Source: Acidobacteria bacterium 13_1_40CM_65_14 (GTDB lineage: Bacteria > Acidobacteriota > Vicinamibacteria > Vicinamibacterales > CAVVIG01). From it: a DNA stretch of 50,310 nucleotides. The stretch spans positions 1 to 50,310 of the forward strand of contig MNEX01000282.1 in the NCBI GenBank assembly GCA_001917905.1, given 5' to 3'. The notes under the pieces were generated by a model. It saw only the letters and a program-made list of their open reading frames with translations, searched no databases and had not been told where the DNA came from. This document shows positions 36,357 through 44,954 of the stretch, one piece after another. The number at the start of each line of letters is the position of its first letter. The first letter of the stretch is position 1. A program made the position numbers and the translations under genes.

Positions 36357-37292
36357 ATGAAAAAGCGCGTCGTCATTACCGGCGCTGCGGGCTTTATCGG
36401 ATCGCATCTCGCGGAGACGCTGCTCGATCGGGGCTACACGGTCATCGGCATCGACAACCTGCGGACCGGCGACACCGCGAACATCTCGCACCTCGCCAAC
36501 CGCGACTTCTCGTTCATCAAGCACGACGTCACCAACTACATCTACATCGACGGCCCGGTCGACTTCGTGCTGCACTGGGCGAGCCCCGCCAGTCCGATCG
36601 ACTACCTCGAGCTGCCGATTCCGACGCTGAAGGTCGGCGCGCTCGGCACGCACAAGGCGCTCGGTCTCGCCAAAGCGAAGGCCGCGCGCTTCGTGCTCGC
36701 GTCGACCTCGGAGGTGTACGGCGATCCGCTCGAGCATCCGCAGAAGGAAACCTACTGGGGCCACGTCAACCCGGTGGGACCGCGCGGCGTCTACGACGAA
36801 GCCAAACGCTTCGCCGAGGCGATGACGATGGCGTATCACCGCTATCACGGGGTGGATACGAAGATCGTGCGTATCTTCAACACGTACGGCCCGCGGATGC
36901 GCGTCAACGACGGCCGTGCGGTGCCGGCGTTCATGTCGCAGGCGCTGCGCAACGAGGACGTCACCGTTTTCGGCGACGGCACGCAGACGCGCAGCTTCAC
37001 CTACATCACCGATCTCGTCGACGGCATCATCAGGCTGATGCTCTCTTCGGAGAACGATCCGATCAACATCGGCAACCCGCGCGAGATGACGATTGCGGAG
37101 ATCGCCGACACGATCATCAGGATGACCGGGTCCACGAGCCAAGTCGTCTACAAGCCGCTGCCGACCGACGACCCGAAGCAGCGCCGTCCCGACATCACCC
37201 GCGCGCGGACGCTGCTGCAGTGGGAGCCGACAGTCGCGCTCGAACAGGGGCTCGTGAAGACGATCGAGTACTTCCGCACGAAAGTTCGATAG
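36357..37292 (+). CDS. UDP-glucuronate decarboxylase (UXS-like SDR)
   Basis: [42 protein letters not shown] and [10 protein letters not shown]. Confidence 0.92.
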   Translation: MKKRVVITGAAGFIGSHLAETLLDRGYTVIGIDNLRTGDTANISHLANRDFSFIKHDVTNYIYIDGPVDFVLHWASPASPIDYLELPIPTLKVGALGTHKALGLAKAKAARFVLASTSEVYGDPLEHPQKETYWGHVNPVGPRGVYDEAKRFAEAMTMAYHRYHGVDTKIVRIFNTYGPRMRVNDGRAVPAFMSQALRNEDVTVFGDGTQTRSFTYITDLVDGIIRLMLSSENDPINIGNPREMTIAEIADTIIRMTGSTSQVVYKPLPTDDPKQRRPDITRARTLLQWEPTVALEQGLVKTIEYFRTKVR

Positions 37293-37327
37293 CGGCATCG
37301 GCCGCGTCCCCCGTTTCATTTTTCCTC

Positions 37328-37384
37328 TTGACAAGCTCTGGCGACTCGCCTAAGAGTATTACTGTGCTAGTTCAGTAGCACAGT
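37328..37384 (+). promoter_or_regulatory. Promoter and YtrA-type operator
   Basis: TTGACA at 37328 and the perfect palindrome ACTGTGCTA-N6-TAGCACAGT at 37361-37384, just upstream of the gntR start. Confidence 0.75.
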
Positions 37385-37389
37385 TACCC

Positions 37390-37788
37390 ATGATGTTTCG
37401 ACCGAATCCCTCGTCGGGCGTTCCCATCTACCTCCAGTTGATGGAGCAGGTGAAGCACGGCATCGAAACGGGCGCGCTCCGGCCGGGCGAGCAGCTGCCC
37501 GGCATCCGTCCTCTCGCGGAGGAGCTCGTGATCAACCCGAATACGGTGGCCAAGGCCTACCGCGAGCTCGAACACGAAGGGATCATCGAGCTGCGCCATG
37601 GCGCGGGCGCATTCGTCTCTGCGACTGCGCGGGCGAAGAAGCTCACCGACAAGCTTCGCGCCGGGCAGGCCATCGTCGCGGCCGCCATGGAGAAACTGCG
37701 CGCGCGCGGAGTGACCGACGAGGAGATCCGGCGGTTGTTCGAGGCGGAGCTGGCGGGATTAGCGAAGCCAGGAGGTCATCGTGAGTGA
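37390..37788 (+). CDS. GntR family regulator (YtrA subfamily)
   Basis: PIYLQL, LPGIR.LAEEL.INPNTVAKAYRELE and a short C-terminus. Confidence 0.94.
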   Translation: MMFRPNPSSGVPIYLQLMEQVKHGIETGALRPGEQLPGIRPLAEELVINPNTVAKAYRELEHEGIIELRHGAGAFVSATARAKKLTDKLRAGQAIVAAAMEKLRARGVTDEEIRRLFEAELAGLAKPGGHRE

Positions 37789-38680
37789 CCGGTTCGTGAT
37801 CGAAACGGCCGACCTGCGGAAGAACTACGACGGCGTGGAGGCCGTACGCGGTTTGAGCCTCCAGGTGTCCGGGGGCTCCATCTACGGGTTTCTGGGACGC
37901 AACGGCGCCGGCAAGACGACCACCATCAAAGTTCTGCTGGGCATGGCCCGACCGACCAGCGGGCACGCCCGCGTGTTCGGCCTGCCGGCCGATGCGGAGG
38001 ACGCGAGCGTGGAAATCCGAGGTCGAACGGGGTTTGTCAGCGAGGAGAAGGAGCTCTACGACTACATGACAGTGGAGGAGATGATCCGCTTCACTGCTCC
38101 GTTTTTTCCGCGATGGCGCGGCGACCTGGAGCAGCGGTATGTCCACAAGTTCGAGCTGCCACTGGACCGGAAGGTCAAGGCGCTCTCGCGCGGCATGCGC
38201 ACCAAACTCGCCTTGCTGCTGGCGCTGTGCCGCGGCGCGGAACTGCTGATCCTCGACGAGCCGACCTCGGGACTCGACCCGGCGATGACCGAGGAAGTTT
38301 TGCAGGCGCTCGTGTCCCATGTGGCCAGCGAGGAGATGACGGTGTTCTTCTCCTCGCATCAGATCGCCGAGGTGGACCAGATCGCCGACCACGTCGCCAT
38401 CATCGATCGCGGCCGCGCGGTGGTGACGGGTGCGCTCGACGACCTTCGCGAGAACTTCCGCCGCATCCAACTCGTGTTCGACGGCGACGCGCCGGAGCCG
38501 GCGTTCCGCGCGCCGGGCGTCGTGCGCGTGCGGCGCAAGGGTCGTGTGCTGACAGTGTTGTCGAGTGCAGGCGCGGAGCGGATCCTCGACGAGGCGCGTG
38601 CGCTCAACCCGGTGTCGGTGGACGTTGTCCCCGTCACGCTGAAAGAAATCTTCCTCGAGACCGTGACCGCGGAGGACTGA
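37781..38680 (+). CDS. ABC transporter ATP-binding protein (YtrB-like)
   Basis: GRNGAGKTT, LSRGM, LDEPTSGLD and SSH. Confidence 0.94.
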   Translation: MSDRFVIETADLRKNYDGVEAVRGLSLQVSGGSIYGFLGRNGAGKTTTIKVLLGMARPTSGHARVFGLPADAEDASVEIRGRTGFVSEEKELYDYMTVEEMIRFTAPFFPRWRGDLEQRYVHKFELPLDRKVKALSRGMRTKLALLLALCRGAELLILDEPTSGLDPAMTEEVLQALVSHVASEEMTVFFSSHQIAEVDQIADHVAIIDRGRAVVTGALDDLRENFRRIQLVFDGDAPEPAFRAPGVVRVRRKGRVLTVLSSAGAERILDEARALNPVSVDVVPVTLKEIFLETVTAED

Positions 38681-38681
38681 C

Positions 38682-39449
38682 ATGCTCTGGTACAAGTCGT
38701 GGCTGGAAACCCGCTGGCAGTTTCTGATCGGCCTGGTCGTGCTGATGCTCTCCGCCGCCGGCACCGTGATCGCCTATCCCAAAGTGATGAAGCTGATGCC
38801 GATGGTGCCCACGATCGACGTCAGCGGAGAGCTTGGCCGCCGCATCAGGGAAGCGGCGGAACTGGCGCGAAGCTACCGCGGCTATGTCTGGTCGCAATCG
38901 TTCGGGCAAAACCTGACGCAGATGGCCACGCTCTTTGCCGCGCTGCTCGGGAGCGGAAGCCCGCTCTCGCAAGGCTCTCGAGGCGCGGCGCTGTTCACGC
39001 TGTCGCTGCCGGTCTCCCGCAACCGCCTGCTCACGGTTCGGGCCGCGGCGAATCTCACGGAATTGCTCGCGCTCGCCGTCGCCCCTTCGCTCCTGCTCAC
39101 GCTGCTCTCGCCGGCCATCGGGCAGAGCTACAGCATCAAAGACGCGCTGGCCCACAGTGTGTGCCTGTTCATGGCCGGCACCGTGTTTTTCAGCCTGGCG
39201 TTTCTGCTGTCCACGGTGTTCAGCGACGTGTGGCGGCCGTGGCTGCTGGCGTGCGCGGTGGCGGTAGTGCTGGCGCTGTGTGCATTGGTCATTCCGGAGC
39301 TGTCGCGCTACAGCATTTTCCGAGTGATGAGTGGGGAGGACTATTTCCGTGGTCGTGGATTGCCGTGGCTGGGACTGCTCGCCAGCGCGGCGGTGTCGGT
39401 GGCGATGCTGTACGTCGCCGCTAAAAACGTCGCGCGCCAGGATTTCTGA
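38682..39449 (+). CDS. ABC-2-type permease
   Basis: MLWYKSWLETRW, about six TM segments and TLSLPVSR. Confidence 0.85.
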   Translation: MLWYKSWLETRWQFLIGLVVLMLSAAGTVIAYPKVMKLMPMVPTIDVSGELGRRIREAAELARSYRGYVWSQSFGQNLTQMATLFAALLGSGSPLSQGSRGAALFTLSLPVSRNRLLTVRAAANLTELLALAVAPSLLLTLLSPAIGQSYSIKDALAHSVCLFMAGTVFFSLAFLLSTVFSDVWRPWLLACAVAVVLALCALVIPELSRYSIFRVMSGEDYFRGRGLPWLGLLASAAVSVAMLYVAAKNVARQDF

Positions 39450-39474
39450 CGCGCATAGCAAAAGGAGAACCGTG

Positions 39475-40200
39475 ATGAATCCGTTCACTCGAATCCTTCT
39501 CATCGCCGCGCTGCTTCTCGCACCCGCGCCTTCTCTGCTCGCGCAAACGGCCGTCGACCCATCAGGCCATTGGGAAGGCGTGATCCAGGCGCAACCGAAC
39601 ATGGAGATGAAAGTCGAAATCGATCTGGCGAAGAACAGCAAAGGCGAGCTCGCGGGCACGTTCGCCCAACCCGCACAACGCGTGAAGGGTCTTCCGCTCT
39701 CGACGGTTGCCGTCGAGGGCCGGTCGATCCGCTTCGTCGTCAAGGGAGGTCCGCAGGCCGCCACGTTCCAGGCAGCGCTCTCTGCCGACGGCAAGTCGAT
39801 GTCCGGTGAGGTCGCCCAAGGCGGCTACTCCATCCCCTTCACCCTGACGCGGACTGGCGACGCGCGGATTGCACCAGTGCCAACGAGCCCTCCGATCGGT
39901 AAAGAGTTGGAAGGTACCTGGAACGGCGCGCTCGACGTCAACGGAGCACAGATGCGGCTCGTTGTGAAGATGGCGAATCAACCCGACGGCACCGCCGCCG
40001 GCACGATTGTCAGTCCGGATGGAAGCGGCGTGGAAATCCCGATCGCTATGACGCAGAAGGCTTCCAACGTGACCATTGATGTCCCATCCGTTGGCGCGTC
40101 CTTCGCCGGCGTCTTGAACGCTGAGCGAACAGAGTTGGCCGGCACATGGACGCAGGCACAAGGCGCAATGCCGCTGACGCTCAAGCTTGCCAAGCCGTAG
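39475..40200 (+). CDS. Secreted protein with two tandem beta-rich repeats
   Basis: AGGAG SD, a signal peptide (LLA-Q) and repeats beginning SGHWEG and EGTWNG. GTG 39472 is an alternative start. Confidence 0.8.
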   Translation: MNPFTRILLIAALLLAPAPSLLAQTAVDPSGHWEGVIQAQPNMEMKVEIDLAKNSKGELAGTFAQPAQRVKGLPLSTVAVEGRSIRFVVKGGPQAATFQAALSADGKSMSGEVAQGGYSIPFTLTRTGDARIAPVPTSPPIGKELEGTWNGALDVNGAQMRLVVKMANQPDGTAAGTIVSPDGSGVEIPIAMTQKASNVTIDVPSVGASFAGVLNAERTELAGTWTQAQGAMPLTLKLAKP

Positions 40201-40245
40201 CGGACGTAGAGAGGCCGCCGTTAACCGCGAACGAAAGGGAATCCC

Positions 40246-40453
40246 ATGTTGGCGAGCAAAACCATCGCGGCTCACATCATGCGCGGCGTGATCGCCGCCG
40301 CACTGATCGCGTGGGCATTGCTACATCAGTCGTCCGACCCCGCGTTCGCCGTCCGCCGCAGGCGTGGCGGCCGTGGCCGCCATGAGAGGCTGCCCTCTCT
40401 GCTGCACGATGGGCCTTTTGGAAACGATCGGCGCGAGGATCAGGGTTCGATGA
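40246..40453 (+). pseudogene. Small membrane protein with an RGCPxC motif, frameshifted
   Basis: Removing one C near 40354 gives MLASKTIAAHIMRGVIAAALIAWALLHQSSDPAFAVAAGVAAVAAMRGCPLCCTMGLLETIGARIRVR (68 aa). Confidence 0.65.
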
Positions 40454-40471
40454 GACAGCGGGTGATGTGCC

Positions 40472-41050
40472 ATGAACTGCTTCACGCATAGCCGCAACGC
40501 GGCGATCGGGTTGTGCGGCGTCTGCCAGAAAGCCATCTGTCACGAGTGCGTGGCTCGGGAGACGCCTCGGCTCATGTGCCGTGCCTGCGACGCTCGCGGC
40601 AGCGTGCTGCCATACGGATGGTACGGGTGGTACGGCTACGGGTATGAGTACAAGTCATCGACGACTGTCGGTGGGTGGCCGCTGATTCACGTCTGCGCGG
40701 GCATCGATCCGGTCACGATGCGCCCGAGGATCGCCCGGGGTGTGGTCGCGATTGGCAACATCGCCGTCGGAGCTCTCGCCATCGGAGGAGTGGCCTGCGG
40801 TCTGTTCACCGTGGGTGGTGCCTCGATCGGGCTCCTCCTTGCGGTAGGCGGCGCGGCGCTGGGGCTCGGCGTATCAGTGGGCGGCTTCGCGGTGGGATCG
40901 ATCGCGATCGGCGGCGCGGCGGTGGGCTTCGTCTACGCGATCGGTGGCGCAGCCTTCGGACCCGCTGTGATCGATGGCCGGCACTGTGACGAGGCGGCAC
41001 GCGAGTTTGTCCGTCGATGGCTCGATGTGCTTCCGGCCAACTGCCGATGA
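40472..41050 (+). CDS. B-box-like Zn-finger plus Gly-rich membrane domain protein
   Basis: CxxH..CxxC..CxxC..CxxC followed by (A/S)IGG-type hydrophobic repeats. Confidence 0.75.
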   Translation: MNCFTHSRNAAIGLCGVCQKAICHECVARETPRLMCRACDARGSVLPYGWYGWYGYGYEYKSSTTVGGWPLIHVCAGIDPVTMRPRIARGVVAIGNIAVGALAIGGVACGLFTVGGASIGLLLAVGGAALGLGVSVGGFAVGSIAIGGAAVGFVYAIGGAAFGPAVIDGRHCDEAAREFVRRWLDVLPANCR

Positions 41051-41095
41051 GACTGCGAATGATCATCTCGCTCTGGTAGACTCGTTCGAAAATCG

Positions 41096-41539
41096 ATGGA
41101 CCTTTTTCAGATCGACGACAACGGGCGGCTGTTCATTTCTCCGGCGCTGGACGAGTGGGAGACCGTCGCGCAGAGCGGGATCGACGTCGTCATCGATCTC
41201 GAAGGCGAGCTCGACTCCTGCATCCCGACGATGACGAATCATTGTCTGTATGTCTACTTCCCGATCGACGACGACAATGAGCAGCTTCCCTGCCTGACGA
41301 AGCTGCGCGCGATCGCCCGGCTCGGCGCCGCGCTCATCGCCGACGGTCACCGGGTTCTGTCGCACTGTGGGATGGGATTCAATCGATCCGCGCTCGTCGC
41401 CGGACTGATCCTCGTCGAGCTCGGAATGCCTGGTCCTCTCGCGGTCGAACGCCTGCGCACCCGGCGTCCGGGCGCCCTGTACAACGAAGGATTCGCGGAG
41501 TTCCTGGCGTCCCTCGGGCCCTCCGGCGCGAGCGTCTGA
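41096..41539 (+). CDS. Dual-specificity / protein-tyrosine phosphatase-like protein
   Basis: HCGMGFNRS (CX5R), VIDL and FPIDD. Confidence 0.85.
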   Translation: MDLFQIDDNGRLFISPALDEWETVAQSGIDVVIDLEGELDSCIPTMTNHCLYVYFPIDDDNEQLPCLTKLRAIARLGAALIADGHRVLSHCGMGFNRSALVAGLILVELGMPGPLAVERLRTRRPGALYNEGFAEFLASLGPSGASV

Positions 41540-41556
41540 ATCTACACAAATGAAAC

Positions 41557-44307
41557 CTACTCTCGAAGCGCAACTGTGGGGCCGAGTCTCGAAGCGCGGC
41601 GGGCGGGGAACCACGCCGCGAGCACGCACACGACGCCGAGCGCGCCAATCGCGAGCACGAGCGATGTCGGATCCAGCGGCGTCAAGCCGTAAAGAAGGCT
41701 TGCCGCATAGCGTGACGCCGCGATCGCAAGGCCCACGCCGATGGGGACGCCGGCAGCCAGCAGCACACCGGATTCCGCGAGGACCATGCGGATGATTCTG
41801 CGTGGCTCCGCGCCGAGCGCCATGCGAACTCCGATCTCCACCCTCCGGCGCGTCACCATGTAGGACATGACGCCGTAGAGCCCGATCGACGCAATCAGCA
41901 TGGCCAGCACGCCGAAGAATCCGGAGAGCCAGGCCATCAGGCGCTCCGGGACGAGCAACGTTTCGATGTAGTTCGAGACAGCGTCGTATGACACCGCGGC
42001 GCCGGGTGCGACCTCGCTGATGGCGCGCGTCAGCGCGCGAGTGAGAGCCGCCGAGGGCACGTCGGCACGAAGGACGATCCGGAAATCCGGCGGCGGCGTG
42101 GTGCCCTGCGACACAGCCAGGTAGGCCATCGGCAGGAACGTCGCGCTCGATTCTGTGGCAGAGAATCTCGTGGCTGGGCCGGTGCGCTCCTCCCGTACCT
42201 GGAGGTATTTCGCATCCCTGACCAGCCCGACGATGTGATACGTCGCCTGTGGGGGCGCCACATCCATCTGAAACGTCTGGCCGATCGGATCGGTGTTCGG
42301 GAAATACCGCCGAGCGAACGTCTCGTTCACGATTGCCGCCCTCGGGGCGTCGGGCCGGTCTCGACCGTCGAACGTCCGGCCCACGAGGAGCGGCGTCCCC
42401 ATCACGCGGAAGTAGTTGCCGCCGACTGCGTTGAAGTGCACGTCGCCGTTCTGTGCCGCGCCGCCCTTGACGATTTGACCGTTCCAGTCAGCGCCGCTGA
42501 GCGGCACGATCAATGTCTGGGCGGCGTGACGAACGCCCGGTACTTGGTGGAGACGCGCGACGATGTCGGCGAATGCCTGCGTCCGCGCCTCGGGCTGCAC
42601 GTTGGTTCGGCGAAGGTCGACAGCCGCCACCACGACGTCCGGATCGAAGCCAAGTTCGACAGAACCGAGGTTCCTCAAGGTGCGCCCGAAGAGCAGCGCC
42701 CCAACCACCAGCACCATCGAGAGCGCGACCTGAACGACCACCAGTCCGCGCCGGAGCGCGACCGCGTCGTGTCCATCGGTCGACGATCGGCCGCCAGGCT
42801 GCAGGGTCGTGGCCGGATCACGGCGAGTGGCCGTGAGCGCCGGGCTGAGGCCAAACAGCACGCACGCGAGGACGGCGACTATGGCGATGAACGCAAACAC
42901 GCGCCAGTCTGGCGTCAGGTCCACGAAGATTCTGTTGCCGCCCGCGTCAAGGAACATGATCAGCGTCTGGCTGATCCAGCGCGCGAGCAGCAGCCCGCCC
43001 AGCGCGCCGAATCCGGCGAGCAGCGCGCTCTCGGACAGCATCTGACCGACGACGCGGCGCCGCGACGCGCCAATCGCCAGACGCACCGCAATCTCACGGC
43101 CCCGAGCGGTGGCGCGCGCAAGCATCAGGTTCGCGAGATTCGCGCACGTGAGCAGGAGCACCAGGCCGGTGGCGCCGAGCAACGCCCATAGCTGGGTCGC
43201 ATACGCGGTCCGCAGGTTCGACACTCCGGTAGGAGCGGGTCTCGCGGTGAGCGTGAACGACGTATAGTTCTTCGCCCAGTCGGCCTTGTATCCCGGGGAC
43301 ACGGTTGCCTGGAAGACGGCGGGAGAAACGGCGGCGACATGTGCCTGGGCGCGTTCGACCGTCCAGTCCGGCTTCAGACGTCCCATGATGTCGAGCCACC
43401 AGACGGCCGCCCGGTCCCAGCCTTGTTGGCTGCGTAGTAGCGGCTCGGCGCACAACGGGAGCGCCACGTCGAACGTGCGGCCGACTTCCACGCCGAAGAA
43501 GCCCGGCTGCGCGACCCCGATCACATCGAACCGACGCCGGTCGAGCATGATCGACTGTCCGATCACGCCCGGGTTGCCTCCGTACCAGACTTGCCAGAAA
43601 TCGTGCGACAGCACCGCGCCGGGCGAGCCGCATCCTTTTGGATCGTCCGCCTCTGTCAACATGCGACCGATGTGAGCGTGGACGCCGAGGACGTCGAAGA
43701 AACGTCCGCTGACGTAGAGCCCCCGCGCCAACGCGACTTCCCCTTCGGGAGAGAGGTCCCATTGGGTGACGCCCCATGCGAACAGCGACGAGAAGGCCTG
43801 CTGCTGCGAGCGGATCTCCTGCCAGAGCGGCTCGGTGAAAACCCCACCCGGAAATCCCCTGCCCACCCGCCCCTTGCCGTGCTGGTCGATCCTGATCGAC
43901 ACGAGCTCGTGTGGCTGCTCCACCGGAAGCGAGCGGAGGCGGAGCGCGTTTACGAGCTGGAAAATTGCCGCGTTGGCGCCGGTGCCGAGCGCCAGCGTCA
44001 GGATCACGACGAGCGAGAAGGTCGGGTTCTTTCGAAGGATTCGGATTCCGTAACGAAGGTCTTGCCAGATCGTGTCGAGGAAGGGCAGCGTGTTCATCTC
44101 GTAAATCTCCTCGCGAACTGACAGCGCGTTCCCGAACTGCCGCCGTGCGGCGACGTGCGCTTCCTCTGGCGCCATGCCCCGACGGATGTACCGGTCGACG
44201 AGCAACTCGAGGTGCGCCTCGAATTCGCGCCGGGCGTCCTCGTCGACGCGCCGGCGGGACAAGGCAAAGCGGAGCCGCGAGACCAAGGCGACAAATCTGG
44301 CCCACAT
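41557..44307 (-). CDS. ADOP-type duplicated ABC permease (MacB/FtsX x2) with N-terminal prefix domain
   Basis: ARRQFGN, QDLRYG.R.L, LALGTGANAAIF, CANLANL..AR...REIAVRLAIGA and EIGVRMALGA. Confidence 0.92.
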   Translation of the reverse strand: MWARFVALVSRLRFALSRRRVDEDARREFEAHLELLVDRYIRRGMAPEEAHVAARRQFGNALSVREEIYEMNTLPFLDTIWQDLRYGIRILRKNPTFSLVVILTLALGTGANAAIFQLVNALRLRSLPVEQPHELVSIRIDQHGKGRVGRGFPGGVFTEPLWQEIRSQQQAFSSLFAWGVTQWDLSPEGEVALARGLYVSGRFFDVLGVHAHIGRMLTEADDPKGCGSPGAVLSHDFWQVWYGGNPGVIGQSIMLDRRRFDVIGVAQPGFFGVEVGRTFDVALPLCAEPLLRSQQGWDRAAVWWLDIMGRLKPDWTVERAQAHVAAVSPAVFQATVSPGYKADWAKNYTSFTLTARPAPTGVSNLRTAYATQLWALLGATGLVLLLTCANLANLMLARATARGREIAVRLAIGASRRRVVGQMLSESALLAGFGALGGLLLARWISQTLIMFLDAGGNRIFVDLTPDWRVFAFIAIVAVLACVLFGLSPALTATRRDPATTLQPGGRSSTDGHDAVALRRGLVVVQVALSMVLVVGALLFGRTLRNLGSVELGFDPDVVVAAVDLRRTNVQPEARTQAFADIVARLHQVPGVRHAAQTLIVPLSGADWNGQIVKGGAAQNGDVHFNAVGGNYFRVMGTPLLVGRTFDGRDRPDAPRAAIVNETFARRYFPNTDPIGQTFQMDVAPPQATYHIVGLVRDAKYLQVREERTGPATRFSATESSATFLPMAYLAVSQGTTPPPDFRIVLRADVPSAALTRALTRAISEVAPGAAVSYDAVSNYIETLLVPERLMAWLSGFFGVLAMLIASIGLYGVMSYMVTRRRVEIGVRMALGAEPRRIIRMVLAESGVLLAAGVPIGVGLAIAASRYAASLLYGLTPLDPTSLVLAIGALGVVCVLAAWFPARRASRLGPTVALRE

Positions 44308-44308
44308 T

Positions 44309-44665
44309 TCAGGACCGCGCCGCGGCGCGGAGAAGGCGCGCCATGACTCCCGCGATACGGTCCCAGTTCTTGGTTTCCCTCGTGAGCTGACGGCGACCGA
44401 ACTTGGTGATGGTGTAGAACCTGGCCTTCCGATTGTTCTCCGAGGCGCCCCAGCTTGCCGAAATCCAGCGTCGTTGTAACAGTCGCATCAGCGACGCGTA
44501 GACGGTCCCCTCATTCAATTTCAACGCGTCGTCGCTCATCTGTTCGATGCGACGCGCGATCCCGTATCCATGCAGCGGACCCATCGTCTCGAGGGTTTTC
44601 AGCAGCATGAGGTCAAGCGTCCCTTGCAGGACGTCTGTTCTGTCTTTCGTCCGTCCTTTGGGCAC
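44309..44665 (-). CDS. PadR family regulator (acidobacterial type)
   Basis: LQGTLDLMLL, HGYGIA, EGTVY and WGASENNRKARFY. Confidence 0.93.
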   Translation of the reverse strand: MPKGRTKDRTDVLQGTLDLMLLKTLETMGPLHGYGIARRIEQMSDDALKLNEGTVYASLMRLLQRRWISASWGASENNRKARFYTITKFGRRQLTRETKNWDRIAGVMARLLRAAARS

Positions 44666-44704
44666 ACCAAAGGTCTATCATCTGACCTTTGGGATGTCAA
44701 TAGG
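44655..44704 (-). promoter_or_regulatory. Putative PadR operators overlapping the padR promoter and start
   Basis: Imperfect palindromes CCTTTGGGCACACCAAAGG (44655-44673) and CCTTTGGGATGTCAATAGG (44686-44704). Minus-strand TTGACA at 44700-44695. Confidence 0.6.
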
Positions 44705-44954
44705 AGCGTGGTAGAAGGCGGGAGCCTGGAGGGCGGTGTGCTGATGAACATCGAGCGCGACATCGCGTCGTTCACATTGCGAGCGGCGATCAGCGAACAC
44801 GAACCGACAGCGGCTCCGGTCGATCAGCGGTGTGGGGTCTTTTACGTCGATCGTCCGGCTCGACTCGGTCACTCGCTGCGAGCTCGTGCCGCGGCGATAG
44901 CGTCCTCCCGCGACAGTGTTACTTTTATAACACAACGTGCTATACATATCTCTC

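Noticed and set aside
44705-44935. Possible small gene between padR and the second ADOP permease
   Set aside because: No convincing independent ORF or motif could be supported by eye.
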